Below, in pieces: positions 1-13,182 of a stretch of 64,000 nt of DNA; positions within the stretch are counted from its first letter, which is position 1, and each line of letters opens with the position of its first letter. The position numbers and the translations under genes are program-made. This stretch comes from Eledone cirrhosa (taxonomy: Eukaryota): NCBI GenBank assembly GCA_964016885.1, contig OZ024765.1, positions 9,858,001 to 9,922,000 of the forward strand. The letters run 5' to 3'. The notes under the pieces were generated by a model that ran no database searches, was not told where the DNA came from, and saw only the letters and a program-made list of their open reading frames with translations.

Positions 1-285
1 TGACACAGCATCAAGCGAGTAGCGAGCTCTAGACCTGCCAGATCAAAGAAACAATTGTCAGCAATGTGAATAAAGCCCTTATTGTATAGCAAACCATGTC
101 ACTCTTCTTTCTTGAATTATTATTATTCCAAGTATAAACTACATAGAAATCATCGCAAATTCGCAGCATCACTATGGAAACGTCTTGTTGAGTCAAACTG
201 AGCCATACGTTAATACTATCCACTACTCGGAGTACTCTAACTGGATTACATCTAAGTGGACTGCCTATAACGATAACCTGTTATC

Positions 286-357
<72 letters not shown>

Positions 358-1026
358 GATTTGTTATGTTCATATGAGTAAAGATGAGCAGATATATATG
401 TGTGTGTGTGTTTGTGTGTATATTTAACATTACCAATAGATAGATGCATACATATATGCATGGATTTGTAGACAAAGAGCATGGATTTGCGAAACATTCT
501 TGCAATTCAATGGACGACAATTTCTTTTCTTTGACAACATTGCCACCAGGAAGGTGGCCAGTCAAAATTAAGATAAAGAGTACTCGAAATTAAGATAAGA
601 GAATAACATACATACAAAATACAATGAAATGCAAGAAAATGAAGTGTTGGGGAGGGGATCATACAAACATATAACCTTGGCCAGTGCCTAAGCAGCATAC
701 TTCAGTTGTGTCCTGAAATAAATATCTGATAATAGACTCTCAGAAACCAAGATAATGATTTAGGTCAACTGATAAATGTAAATATAATGAGAAATAGAGA
801 CAAAAGTAGATGAGAGTTTGGGACCCCATATTAACAACACCAGCTTTTATTTAACCCTTTAACATTTACATTACTCTATACTTACCATTCCATCTTGCCA
901 GAAACAACCCTGAGTACCTTTTTGATTTCCATGTGTCTAACACACGTGGGCATGCCTACAAAGTCAGAAAACAGCACAGCTCCCATGACTTTCGGAAACA
1001 TTTTTTCATGCTCAGAGTTGCTGAAG

Positions 1027-1270
1027 CATGGAACAAACTACCTGCATCAGCTGTTAGCTGTCAAGACACTGCATCCTTTAAAACCTCCATGGAACAAGCT
1101 ACCTGCATCAGTTGTTAGCTGTCGAGACACTGCATCCTTTAAAACCTCCATGGAACAAGCAACCTGCATCAGTTGTTAGCTGTCGAGACACTGCATCCTT
1201 TAAAACCTCCATGGAACAAGCTACCTGCATCAGTTGTTAGCTGTCGAGACACTGCATCCTTTAAAACCTC
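1027..1270 (+). repeat. 61-bp tandem repeat x4 derived from the CR1 C-terminal coding segment
   Basis: CATGGAACAA units start at 1027, 1088, 1149 and 1210. Confidence 0.9.
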
Positions 1271-1390
1271 CATGCTGCCTGAGATTCGCCAACACTAACA
1301 CCTGATATCCCCCCTCCATACACACGCACACATGTATCTGTGTGTTTATCATGACTCATACACTGTTCACTTTCCTGACATCTGTACATT

Positions 1391-1562
1391 CGGTAGAGGG
1401 TCGGACACCATGCTTTCCAGCATAGTTACGTCCCTTTATGATCTGAGTTCAAATCCCGCCGAGGTTGACTTTGCCTTTCATCCTTACGGGGTCGATAAAA
1501 TAAAGTACCAGTAATGCACTGGGTAATTTGCTGGCCTTGTGCCTAAAGTAGAAACAATTATT
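1391..1562 (+). mobile_element. tRNA-derived SINE family S1 (octopus type, Meta/MESC-like core)
   Basis: B-box GAGTTCAAATC, core CTTTGCCTTTCATCCTTACGGGGTCGATAAAATAAAGTACCAG and 3' end GCTGGCCTTGTGCCTAAAGTAGAAAC. About 20 copies occur in the window. The superfamily assignment is from memory. Confidence 0.85.
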
Positions 1563-1941
1563 CTATGTACTATACATGCAACTTTGATGAGTTGTAGTGC
1601 ACCTGAGCACTGTACACAATAATTTCATTATTATCATTATTATTATATTTTCATGGTAAAGGCTTTACCTCACGTAATATCAAATCTATGAGATTTTTAT
1701 ATTATTTATTTTGAGAACAGAAAGAGGTGAGAGAATTCTGGGCGGATATGGCCGGTTTGACCCTTTAGCATTTAAATTACTCTATATTAACTATTATATT
1801 TTCACAGTAAAGGCTTTATCTCACATAATATCGAATCCATGAGATTTTGATATCTATTTTGAGAACAGTACCTTAATATCAGTATGAGTGGCCGGTTACA
1901 GCTGGTTTGAACAGAAAGAGGTGAGAGAATTCTGGCCAGAT

Positions 1942-1974
<33 letters not shown>

Positions 1975-2005
1975 CCCACACACACACATATATATATATA
2001 TATAT

Positions 2006-2116
<111 letters not shown>

Positions 2117-2139
2117 CACACACACACACATACACACAC

Positions 2140-2170
<31 letters not shown>

Positions 2171-2181
2171 TACATACACAC

Positions 2182-2270
<89 letters not shown>

Positions 2271-2403
2271 CGGCTATTTCTGGACTACTCGTTCCTATTA
2301 CCCACTCTACTACCCTAAGTATTGAGTACTTTGGTGCGTTATGGTCCACCTGGTTCCTTACCACATTTCCTTCGTTATATATATATATATATATATATAT
2401 AAG

Positions 2404-2528
2404 TATATCCCGGATTCATTCGGGGGTAACCACAGTAAGTAAGGTACTCAATACAAAGCAGAGTATAAATATTTAATATAGAAAAGCTTCTACAGGACTA
2501 GAACTGTTTCATTCGTGAGAAATCATCA
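2404..2528 (-). mobile_element. Family A hammerhead-bearing (TA)n insert, truncated at the core
   Basis: The reverse complement gives TGATGATTTCTCACGAATGAAACAGTTCTAGTCCTGTAGAAGC plus the family A 3' region. It is flanked by (TA)n. Confidence 0.75.
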
Positions 2529-2612
2529 TATATATATATATATATATATATGATGATTTCTCACGAATGAAACAATTGTTCTCGGTATGGTGAACTAACT
2601 GTTGTGTAACCA

Positions 2613-2677
<65 letters not shown>

Positions 2678-2718
2678 GATATTAAATAAATGGAAACTAT
2701 ATTTATAAAACCATATCT

Positions 2719-2782
2719 ATTTCATTATATATATTTCAGGGATATCATATTAACAATATGTTATGCCTTCCTCAGACAAAAT
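2719..2782 (-). ncRNA. Hammerhead ribozyme, family E
   Basis: rc: ATTTTGT-CTGAGGA-AGGCATAACATATTGTTAATATGATATCCCT-GAAA-TATATA-TA/ATGAAAT. Homologous to 30513 and 52673. Confidence 0.7.
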
Positions 2783-2968
2783 ACAATATAGACAGTTTTA
2801 TAGATAAATAGATTTGACATACCGTTCAACATCGACTTGTATTTGAAAAAGTTGATTTGGCAGTGTGTTGAGTGCTTGTTGAGTGCTTTTATATCAGTTA
2901 TAAATATTTACTAGTTGTAACCCAACAATTTAAATATAACTTTCCATGTATATATATATATATATATT

Positions 2969-3124
2969 TATTAAAATAACAGATTAAAGTTTAAGCAAAG
3001 AATCGCTGCTTTCACCCTTTAATCTGTTATTTTAATAAATATTTGCTCTTCGGTTCTTATATATTTGATATATATTTTCCTTATCGAGCCCTCTCTGGAT
3101 TTTAGTCTTCAATTTTATTATTAT

Positions 3125-3128
<4 letters not shown>
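2969..3128. mobile_element. Family D (TA)n insert with a small fold-back
   Basis: An inverted 3' half of the family D ribozyme is followed by the forward 3' region (TTTAATCTGTTATTTTAATAAAT...ATCGAGCCC). Homologs lie at 31281, 40285, 49197 and 52320. Confidence 0.7.
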
Positions 3129-3171
<43 letters not shown>

Positions 3172-3619
3172 AACATACATACATATATATATATGTCTGT
3201 GTGTGTGTATATTTTCAAAGTTAATTAAAACCCAATGGGTGTATATTATATACATTATATATGATTAGAAATACGAAAAGGGGTAAAGTTAAAAAAGGGT
3301 TTTAGTACTTACTTTAGAAGAACCGAAATTTAAAGCACCAAAACATAGATTGGACACTTTTAGGCCGCTGTTACCGAGGTAGTTGTAGTCAACACTTACA
3401 GCCATGACTTCATATAGGGTATGGAGACTGCTGGATATGTGTGTATATGTGTGTATATGTGTGTATATGTGTGTGTATATATATATATATATATGTATGT
3501 ATATTTATAGAGATATATAATAAGAAAATGCGAAGTAGTTTCAGATGTTAAAGTCCTTTATTGATAGGGCTGTGATACATATATACACACATGTATATAT
3601 ATATATATACACACACATG

Positions 3620-3651
<32 letters not shown>

Positions 3652-3656
3652 TTTAT

Positions 3657-4975
3657 ACACTACACTATACTTTACTACACTATATTAAACTATACTATAC
3701 TATACAACACTACACTATACTATACAACACTACACTACACTACACTTCACTATACTACACAATACTGCACTATACTACATTACACTACACTATACTACAC
3801 TACACTATACAACACTATACTACACTACACTATACAACACTATACTACACTACACTATACTATACTACACTACACTACACCACACTATACTTTACTACAC
3901 TACACCACACTACACTATACAACACTACACCACACTACACTATACTACACTACACCACACTACACTACACCACACTACACTATACTACACTACACCACAC
4001 TACACTACACTTTACTACACTACACCACACTACACTACACTACACCACACTATATAACACTATATAACACTATATAACACTACACCACAGTATACTATAC
4101 AACACTATACTACATTATACTATACTACACTATACTACACTATACAACACTACACTACACTTTACTACACTACACCACACTACACTATACAACACTACAC
4201 TACACCACACTATACTATACTACACTACACCACACTACACTACACTTTACTACACTACACCACACTACACTATACAACACTACACAACACTACACTATAC
4301 TACACTACACCACACTACACTACACCACACTACACTATACTACACTACACCACACTACACTACACTTTACTACACTACACCACACTACACTACACTACAC
4401 CACACTACACTACACTTCACTACACTACACTTCACTACACTACACAACACTACACTATACTATACTACACTACACCACACTACACTATACTACACTACAC
4501 CACACTACACTACACTACACCACACTACACTACACTACACCACACTACACTATACAACACTACACTATACTACACTACACTATACTACACTATACAACAC
4601 TACACTACACTTCACTACACTATACTATACTACACTATACAACACTACACTACACTACACTACACTATACAACACTACACAACACTACACTATACTACAC
4701 TATACAACACTACACTACACTTCACTACACTATACTATACTACACTACACCACACTATACTATACAACACTACACTACACTTCACTACACTATACAACAC
4801 TACACTATACTATACTACACTACACCACACTATACTATACAACACTACACTATACAACACTACACTACACTTTACTACACTATACAACACTACACTATAC
4901 TATACTACACTACACTATACAACACTACACTATACAACACTACACTACACCACACAACACTACACTACACTATAT
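3657..4975 (+). repeat. (CACTA)n degenerate pentanucleotide satellite
   Basis: About 1.3 kb of TACAC/TATAC/CACAC 5-mers. A reverse-strand tract of the same repeat lies at 8680-8935. Confidence 0.95.
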
Positions 4976-5552
4976 ACTCTACTATGCTATACATGCTGAT
5001 ATTTTTCTCGAGGCCTAAAATATGAGAGTTGCTTGATTGTTAATTAAAATGCTAACGAAGCTACTTATATTTCAATAGCCGTGTGTAAATTATCAGTAAC
5101 TGTGAACAAACATCGTTAGCTTTGTGTTTAGAAAACTACAGGCCTGAAGATATATGGGGGAGGGCTGACTATAAAGGAGTGATGCTATTGCTGTGAAATC
5201 TTGCATGTATTAATTTCGACTCTTCTTGTGAATAACTACATTACTTCTTTACAGGGACTATGTTGAAAAAATAAACCTCCATGAGAGTATCTTGGTCAGC
5301 TTATGAAGGAGTGATGCTAGAGCTGTGAAATCTTGCATGTATTAATTTCGACTCTTCTTGTGAATAACTACATTACTCCTTTACCCAGCGGTCATCCTCC
5401 ATGCACATCACATGTCCATACCATCGCAGTCTTCGCTCCCGCACACTACAACTTATACCTCTTAAACACAGTTTCTATATATATACTACTGCCAAAACCT
5501 ATGAGCACAACAAATATATATATATATATATATATAGTTTTAATATAGATGA

Positions 5553-5601
5553 GATTCTACAGGACTAGAACTGTTTCATTCTTTAGAAATCATCAGGAAT
5601 C
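5553..5601 (-). ncRNA. Hammerhead ribozyme, family A
   Basis: rc: GATTC-CTGATGA-TTTCTAAAGAAT-GAAA-CAG-TTCTAGTC-CTG-TA/GAATC. Stems I, II and III all pair, and the cleavage triplet is GUA. Confidence 0.8.
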
Positions 5602-5720
5602 AGAAATGTCCGTAATCTCCAGCAGACAACTGATGATGGGAAATATCCCCCGTTTGTGCTTTCCTCTTATTTCTAAATACACTTTATCCAGTAACCACAC
5701 AGCCACCAGTTTCTTCTATA

Positions 5721-5758
<38 letters not shown>

Positions 5759-5799
5759 TTAAAAAATGATCGCTCTACATGGCTGAATACAATAAATGT

Positions 5800-5981
5800 A
5801 ATCTGAGATTTTCGAATATTAATAATAATTGATTGATTTGCAATTCTGTACTTCTGTTTACATGCCAACACAAGATCAATAATGAGAGGCTCATTCTACT
5901 GACATGGCTTTAAAAATGAGGCTGTTTGCATAATTACAAACGAATCGAATATTTTTATTAATATTCGAAAAACTCAGATTA
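5800..5981. mobile_element. Imperfect inverted-repeat (MITE-like) element
   Basis: AATCTGAGATTTTCGAATATTAATAA near 5800 is the reverse complement of TTATTAATATTCGAAAAACTCAGATT near 5955-5980. Confidence 0.5.
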
Positions 5982-5989
5982 GCTCTATG

Positions 5990-6136
5990 ATTTGCATCAT
6001 AGAGTTACGCCCCTTTACGGTCTGAGTTCAAATCCCGCCGAGGTTAACTTTGCCTTTCATCCTTATGGGGTCGATAAAATAAAGAACCAGTAATACAGTG
6101 GTTTAATTGCTGGCCTTGTGCCAAAAGTAGAAACAA
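5990..6136 (+). mobile_element. SINE family S1
   Basis: Same B-box, core and 3' end as 1391-1562. Confidence 0.85.
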
Positions 6137-6142
6137 ATATAA

Positions 6143-6275
6143 CGTGCTGAGAATCCGCTGAGGTGAAACAATTGTTCTCGGTATGGTGAACTAACTGTTG
6201 TGTAACCACTTCTACCTAACTCGTCCCATGGACTGAGTGCTCTACCACTACGGATATTACCTTCCAGTGTTTTAC

Positions 6276-6278
<3 letters not shown>
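6143..6278 (+). mobile_element. Family L insert with degenerate hammerhead
   Basis: CGTG-CTGAGAA-TCCGCTGAGGT-GAAA-CAATTG-TT/CTCG has a palindromic stem III and a G8A change. Homologs lie at 2568-2615 and 60083-60228. Confidence 0.55.
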
Positions 6279-6311
<33 letters not shown>

Positions 6312-6316
<5 letters not shown>

Positions 6317-6502
6317 AACAAGTAAGACCCCGACGGCTGAGCTCAAGCCGTTTCGACGGCTAATTCTGTACAGAATTAGCCGTCGAAACGGCTTGAGCTC
6401 AGCCGTCGGGGTCTTACTTGTTCCTATTACCCACTCTACTACCCTAAGTATTGAGTACTTTGGTGCGTTATGGTCCACCAGGTTCCTTACCACATTTCCT
6501 TC

Positions 6503-6508
<6 letters not shown>
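6312..6508 (+). mobile_element. Family B fold-back insert carrying a hammerhead 3' half
   Basis: Perfect palindrome 6312-6427 centred on CTGTACAG. The right arm has GAAA-CGGCT-TGAGCTC-AGCCG-TC/GGGGTC. It is flanked by (TA)n. Confidence 0.8.
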
Positions 6509-6554
<46 letters not shown>

Positions 6555-6985
6555 CACAGGCATGCACACACACAGACATACATTCACACATACATTTGGT
6601 CATTCCATGAGAGTATCTTGATCAGCCTATGATAATTTCAGCCAACCATTATATCCCAGTGAAAGCAGAAAACATGAAAAGATCACCATAGATTTCAGTT
6701 CTGCCTGAAGCCAAGGAATAAAAAACAATATGGCTGCACGGCTAAACTTGAAATACGTGAACACGCAATATCTCTCGATAATTTACAAACTGGAAGTAGA
6801 ATTGTTTGATGAGGGCCTTTAGAAATCTCAAGTACGAATATTTTCGGGGGTGGGTGTGGGTTTGGTAGGTGGGTTTGATTGAGTATTGGAGTTATTACAA
6901 GACTCTCTCTATACATCTACCCCTCTCTTTCTCTCTATTTATAATTTTCTGTCTATCTCTCCCTATTCTCGTCTCTCACTCTCTG

Positions 6986-7453
<468 letters not shown>

Positions 7454-7504
7454 TAAAATAAAGTTAAATAAAAGTCAAATGATTAAAATTTAGCTTCGTT
7501 TATT

Positions 7505-7559
7505 ACTGCTATATATATTTCAGTGACAGCCATCTTTGGCTGTGACCTCTTCAGGCAGT
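7505..7559 (-). ncRNA. Hammerhead ribozyme, family C (left arm)
   Basis: rc: ACTGC-CTGAAGA-GGTCACAGCCA-AAGA-TGGCTGTCACT-GAAA-TATATA-TA/GCAGT-AATAAA. Confidence 0.8.
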
Positions 7560-7788
7560 TTGAATTAGTATGGTATAGACAAGTACATATGTTGTTTAGG
7601 TGTATGATATTGTCAATACTCTGATATGCCCAGTTCCTTGTTGGGTTGTTAATTCACTGGGGAACTGTTCCATATGACTCCAGTTCCCCAGTGAATTAAC
7701 AACCCAACAAGGAACTGGGCATATCAGAGTATTGACAATATCATACACCTAAACAACATATGTACTTGTCTATACCATACTAATTCAA

Positions 7789-7843
7789 ACTACCTGAAGA
7801 GGTCACAGCCAAAGATGGCTGTCACTGAAATATATATAGCAGT
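7789..7843 (+). ncRNA. Hammerhead ribozyme, family C (right arm)
   Basis: ACTAC-CTGAAGA (7794-7800)...GAAA (7827-7830)-TATATA-TA/GCAGT, with AATAAA at 7844-7849 and one stem I mismatch. Confidence 0.75.
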
Positions 7844-7989
7844 AATAAACGAAGCTAAATTTTAATCATTTGACTTTTATTTAACTTTATTTTACACTAC
7901 TCCGGAGTAACCAAACCAACCTGCGCACTTCGTCGAGTGCTCCAGCCTGCATACTGAGGTGTTGGTATACAACCAACATAAACTCAAAA

Positions 7990-8118
<129 letters not shown>

Positions 8119-8155
8119 ATATATATATACGTATATATATATATATATATATACG

Positions 8156-8653
8156 TTTCTTCTCTGGAGACCTTCTGCTGTCCAGCTCTCCTCAGAGTTT
8201 CTTCTCTGAAGACCTTCTGCTGTCCAGGTCTCCCGAGAGTTTCTTCTCTGAAGAACTTCTGCTGTCCAGCTCTCCTGAAAATCTTTTCTCTGAAGAACTT
8301 CTGCTGTCCAGCTCTCCTGAGAGTTTCTTCTCCGAAGACCTGTTGTCCAGCTCTCCTGGGAGTTTCTTCTCTGAAGACCTTCTGCTGTCCAGCTCTCCTG
8401 AGAGTTTCTTCTCCGAAGACCTGTTGTCCAGCTCTCCTGGGAGTTTCTTCTCTGAAGACCTTCTGCTGTCCAGCTCTCCTGAGAGTTTCTTCTCCGAAGA
8501 CCTGTTGTCCAGCTCTCCTGGGAGTTTCTTCTCTGAAGACCTTCTGCTGTCCAGCTCTCCTGAGAGTTTCTTCTCCGAAGACCTGCTGTCCAGCTCTCCT
8601 GGGAGTTTCTTCTCTGAAGACCTTTTGCTGTCCAGCTTTCCTGAGAGTTTCTT
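8156..8653. repeat. 42/39-bp alternating minisatellite, about 12 units
   Basis: GAGTTTCTTCTCTGAAGACCTTCTGCTGTCCAGCTCTCCTG units alternate with a variant 3 bp shorter. Confidence 0.9.
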
Positions 8654-9409
8654 TCCACTAAACGTGTAATGATGTGTTGTGTAGGGTGGTGTGATGTGGT
8701 GTATTGAGGTGTAGTGTAGGGTGGTTTAGTGTGGTGTAGTGTAGTGCGGTGTGGTGTAATGTAGTGTGGTGTGGTGTGGTGTGGTGTGGTGTGGTGTGGT
8801 GTAGTGTAGTGCAGTGTAGTGTAGTGCAGTGTAGTGTAGTGTAGTGTAGTGTAGTGTAGTGTGGTGTGGTGTGGTGTGGTGTGGTGTAGTGTAGTGTAGA
8901 GTGGTGTGGTGTGGTGTGGTGTGGTGTGGTGTAGTGGGGTGACTGCTTTTGTCACTCACATACACGACAGATATATCATTCTCAGTCTGTCTGCCATTGT
9001 GTGTGTATGTGTTTGTCGTAAAGAGTGTGTGTGTGTCTGTGTGAGTCTGTCAGTCATAAATGTGCGTGGGCCAGTTATAAAACGTGTGTGTGTGTGTGTG
9101 TATCAGTGTATGTCTGTCAAAACGTGTCAGTGTGCGTGTGTTTGTGTGTCTGTTATAAAACGTGTGTGTGTATATCAGTGTATGTCAAAAAGTGTGTGTG
9201 TGTGTGTGTGTGTGTCAACTTGAATGTACATGTTTAGGCAGGTCGGATCTGCCTCTTGCCTGAAACCACTTACACAGAGTGGTGGTGGTGGTGGTGGTGG
9301 TGGGATGGTGGTGGTGGGGTGGTGTTGGTAGTGGTGGTGGTGTTGGTGGTGGTGGTGGTGAGGAGGTGGTGGTGGAGGGGTGGTGCGTTGTGGTGGTTTG
9401 TAGTCGATG

Positions 9410-9590
9410 AATTGGCAGTATCAGTAGAGGGTTGGACGCCATGCTTTGCAGCATAGAGTTACGTCCCTTTACGGTCTGAGTTCAAATCCCGCCGAGGTTA
9501 ACTTTGCTTTTCATCCTTACGGGGTCGATAAAATAAAGTACCAGCAATGTACAGGGTAATTGCTGGCCTTGTGCCAAAAGTAGCAACAAT
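9410..9590 (+). mobile_element. SINE family S1, near full length
   Basis: A-box-like TGGCAGTATCAGTAG, B-box, core and (ATT)n tail. Confidence 0.85.
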
Positions 9591-9605
9591 TATTATTATT
9601 ATTAC

Positions 9606-9755
9606 TGGTTTCTGATTTAGGCAGAAAGTCAGTAATTTAGGGGGAGAAGAAAGTCGATTAAATTTACCCCAGTACATTACTGGTACTTTATTTATCGACC
9701 CCGTAAGGATGAAAGGCAAAGCTAACCTTGGTCGGAATTTGAACTGAGGACGTTA
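9606..9755 (-). mobile_element. SINE family S1, tail-to-tail with the previous copy
   Basis: Reverse-complement core CTGGTACTTTATTTATCGACCCCGTAAGGATGAAAGGCAAA. Confidence 0.8.
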
Positions 9756-10129
9756 AGAGCTGTAACTAGATGCCACGCACAAATGTGTTTGCGTGAATGC
9801 ATGTCTGTGTGTTTGCGTGAATGTAAGTGTGTGTTTGTAGGAATGTATATGTGTGTGTTTATGTGAATGTATGTCTGTGAGTGGGTATTTTTGTAAGTGT
9901 GTCTGTGTTTGCATGTTTATATACTCATACATATAAATGTACATATATGCACATACAGACATACATGCACTCACACATACACATGCGCGTCAGTGTATGG
10001 AAAAAAAAGTTGTAGTATATTTATATACCTGTGAGGTGTTTTCTGTTTTCAGGGTGTGTATCTTTGGCTAGCTCCAGTGGTAACACTCCCGTACTACACC
10101 ACAAAACTGGAGATCTAGAAGAGGCCTTC

Positions 10130-11600
10130 TTGTCATCATCTGGCAGCCTCAACTGAAATAGACTCAACAATTGATCTCCACGTGGGTCTGTCGTTCATTG
10201 CTGTTGCCAAGTCCTAGATTTCAACACCAGAATCTCTGGAGATGACATCCGGATAGGAGAGCTTGTGTCCCCTGTTATTAGTGACTGCTTGTGGTTTCCA
10301 AAGCACTAATGGGGACACAGCCTCAGAGGTGGCACGATGGCAGTGGCCAGCAAATCGGGGTAGGAGAGCTTGTGTCCCCTGTTATTAGTGACTGCTTGTG
10401 GTTTCCAAAGCACTAATGGGGACACGGCCTCAGAGGTGGCACGATGGCAATGGCCAGCAAATTAGGATAGGAGAGCTTGTGTCCCCTGTTATTAATGACT
10501 GCTTGTGGTTTCCAAAGCACTAATGGGGACACGGCCTAAGAGGTGGCACGATGGCAATGGCCAGCAAATCGGGGTAGGAGAGCTTGTGTCCCCTGTTATT
10601 AATGACTGCTTGTGGTTTCCAAAGCACTAATGGGGACACAGCCTCAGAGGTGGCACGATGACAGTGGTCAGCAAATCGGGGTAGGAGAGCTTGTGTCCCG
10701 TTATTAATGACTGCTTGTGGTTTCCAAAGCACTAATGGGGACACGGCCTCAGAGGTGGCACGATGGCAATGGCCAGCAAATCAGGATAGGAGAGCTTGTG
10801 TCCCCTGTTATTAATGACTGCTTGTGGTTTCCAAAGCACTAATGGGGACACAGCCTCAGGGGTGGCACGATGGCAATGGCCAGCAAATCAGAATAGGAGA
10901 GCTTGTGTCCCCTGTTATTAGTGACTGCTTGTGGTTTCCAAAGCACTAATGGGGACACAGCCTCAGAGGTGGCACGATGGCAATGGCCAGCAAATCGGGG
11001 TAGGAGAGCTTGTGTCCCCTGTTATTAGTGACTGCTTGTGGTTTCCAAAGCACTAATGGGGACACAGCCTCAGAGGTGGCACGATGGCAATGGCCAGCAA
11101 ATCAGGATAGGAGAGCTTGTGTCCCCTGTTATTAATGACTGCTTGTGGTTTCCAAAGCACTAATGGGGACACAGCCTCAGGGGTGGCACGATGGCAATGG
11201 CCAGCAAATCAGAATAGGAGAGCTTGTGTCCCCTGTTATTAGTGACTGCTTGTGGTTTCCAAAGCACTAATGGGGACACAGCCTCAGAGGTGGCACGATG
11301 GCAATGGCCACAAAATCGGGGTAGGAGAGCTTGTGTCCCCTGTTATTAATGACTGCTTGTGGTTTCCAAAGCACTAATGGGGACACAGCCTCAGGGGTGG
11401 CACGATGGCAATGGCCAGCAAATCAGAATAGGAGAGCTTGTGTCCCCTATTATTAGTGACTGCTTGTGGTTTCCAAAGCACTAATGGGGACACGGCCTCA
11501 GAGGTGGCACGATGGCAGTGGCCAGCAAATCTTACCCTCCTTTTACGTACAACGACAGATTATCAAAGGAGGCCGGCATATATCTCTCTCAAAGTCAGTT
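10130..11600 (-). mobile_element. RTE-like LINE 3' fragment with internal tandem amplification
   Basis: The minus-strand translation joins VVVRKRRVRFAGHCHRATSEAVSPLVLWKPQAV.NNRGHKLSYP to DVISRDSGVEI*DLATAMNDRPTWRSIV, a typical RTE C-terminus. Confidence 0.75.
10254..11530. repeat. 107-bp tandem repeat x12
   Basis: TAGGAGAGC unit starts at 10254, 10361, 10468, 10575, 10682, 10787, 10894, 11001, 11108, 11215, 11322 and 11429. Confidence 0.95.
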
Positions 11601-11819
11601 ACTGGTATTTTATATTATAGATCCCGTAAGTTGCTACTTTCGTGTCATCAGCATAGCTTGTGAGGGAGGCTGCGCGTATTACAGAGGGCATGTCTGAGAG
11701 AGCAACCACAAACAGTAGTCACTGAGAAGGTCACAGAATGTGTGACGAAAGAACTTTGACAATCAACAACTAAACAACCATCCGGTTATTAAACTAACTG
11801 GGAAATGATAACGAAATTG

Positions 11820-12638
11820 ACACACACACCTCACACGTACACACACACACACCTCACACTACGCACACACACCTCACACGTACACACACACACACCTCAC
11901 ACGTACGCACACACACCTCACACGTACACAGACACACTTCACACGTATATACACACACACACACCACACGTACACAGACACTTCACACGTATATACACAC
12001 ACACACACACACCACACGTACACAGACACACTTCACACGTATATACACACACACACACCACACGTACACAGACACTTCACACGTATATACACACACACAC
12101 ACACACCACACGTACACAGACACACTTCACACGTATATACACACACACACACCACACGTACACAGACACTTCACACGTATATACACACACACAAACACAC
12201 CACACGTACACAGACACTTCACACGTATATACACACACACACACACCTCACACGTACACACACACACCTCACACGTACACACACACACCTCACACGTACA
12301 CACACACACACACACACACCTCACACGTACACACACACACACACACACACCTCACACGTACGCACACACACCTCACACGTACACAGACACTTCACACGTA
12401 TATACACACACACACACACACCCCACATATACATAGACCCCCCCGCCGCATACACACACCCTCACACGTACACATAGTCTCACACACACACAACCAGTCG
12501 ACCAGTCAGTCAGCCATACAGAATGTCGTCTGCTTCAGTCAATCAACTGGAGTAAATTACTGACTTCGTATTTCAAGCCATCAATGATGACCAATTGCAC
12601 AAATTAACGGACAGTGATTAGACAAACGTGTCAACAAC

Positions 12639-12716
<78 letters not shown>

Positions 12717-12995
12717 AATATACATATATATATATATATACAAACACACACACATATATATATATACATAAATACATAAATATACATAAATACATACATA
12801 CACATATATACACACACACACACATATATACACACACACACACATATATATATATATACACACACACAAATATATACACACACACAAATATATACACACG
12901 CACATATATATACACACACACACATATATATATACACACACACACACATATATATATACACACACACCCACATATATATACACACACACACATAT

Positions 12996-13026
<31 letters not shown>

Positions 13027-13027
13027 T

Positions 13028-13074
<47 letters not shown>
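11820..13074. repeat. CA-rich compound micro/minisatellites and a (GA)n tract
   Basis: CACACGTACAC-type units at 11820-12490, (CA/TA)n at 12640-13030 and (GA)n at 13032-13074. Confidence 0.9.
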
Positions 13075-13076
<2 letters not shown>

Positions 13077-13080
<4 letters not shown>

Positions 13081-13182
13081 TCGCATTGCAGTGTTGTGTG
13101 TCACGTGACTTCCCACCAGCTGACGTTACGGTCAGCCACTCAATGATTAGCAGACGATGTCCGCGTCTCTCAGCAGACGATA
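13077..13182. promoter_or_regulatory. Candidate cis-regulatory cluster
   Basis: CCAAT at 13077, E-box GTCACGTGAC at 13100-13109, CRE-like TGACGTTA at 13121-13128 and two AGCAGACGAT motifs. Motif matches only. Confidence 0.3.

Larger units (their letters stand above)
880..1645 (+). mobile_element. CR1/L2-group LINE 3' fragment (RT C-terminus, 3' UTR and (ATT)n tail), interrupted by a SINE
   Basis: ORF 933-1118 reads SNTRGHAYKVRKQHSSHDFRKHFFMLRVAEAWNKLPASAVSCQDTASFK, matching the TRGH..RK.FF..RV...WN.LP...FK C-terminal motif of CR1-clade RTs. It ends in an ATT-repeat tail near 1627-1645. Confidence 0.8.

Noticed and set aside
5625-5665. Hammerhead at CTGATGATGGGAAATATCCC
   Set aside because: Only the 5' core and a hairpin are present, with no GAAA/UH after stem II.
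8200-8640. Tandem hammerheads from repeated CTGAAGA
   Set aside because: There is no GAAA on the same strand in the right position.
10040-10156. Possible terminal exon after the acceptor TTTTCTGTTTTCAG
   Set aside because: All three frames stop within about 35 codons, there is no recognisable homology, and it overlaps the RTE 3' end on the other strand.
10254-11530. CRISPR-like array (also considered for 24308-24828, 17465-18316 and 35258-37790)
   Set aside because: The units are contiguous tandem repeats with no unique spacers, there are no cas genes, and the context is eukaryotic.
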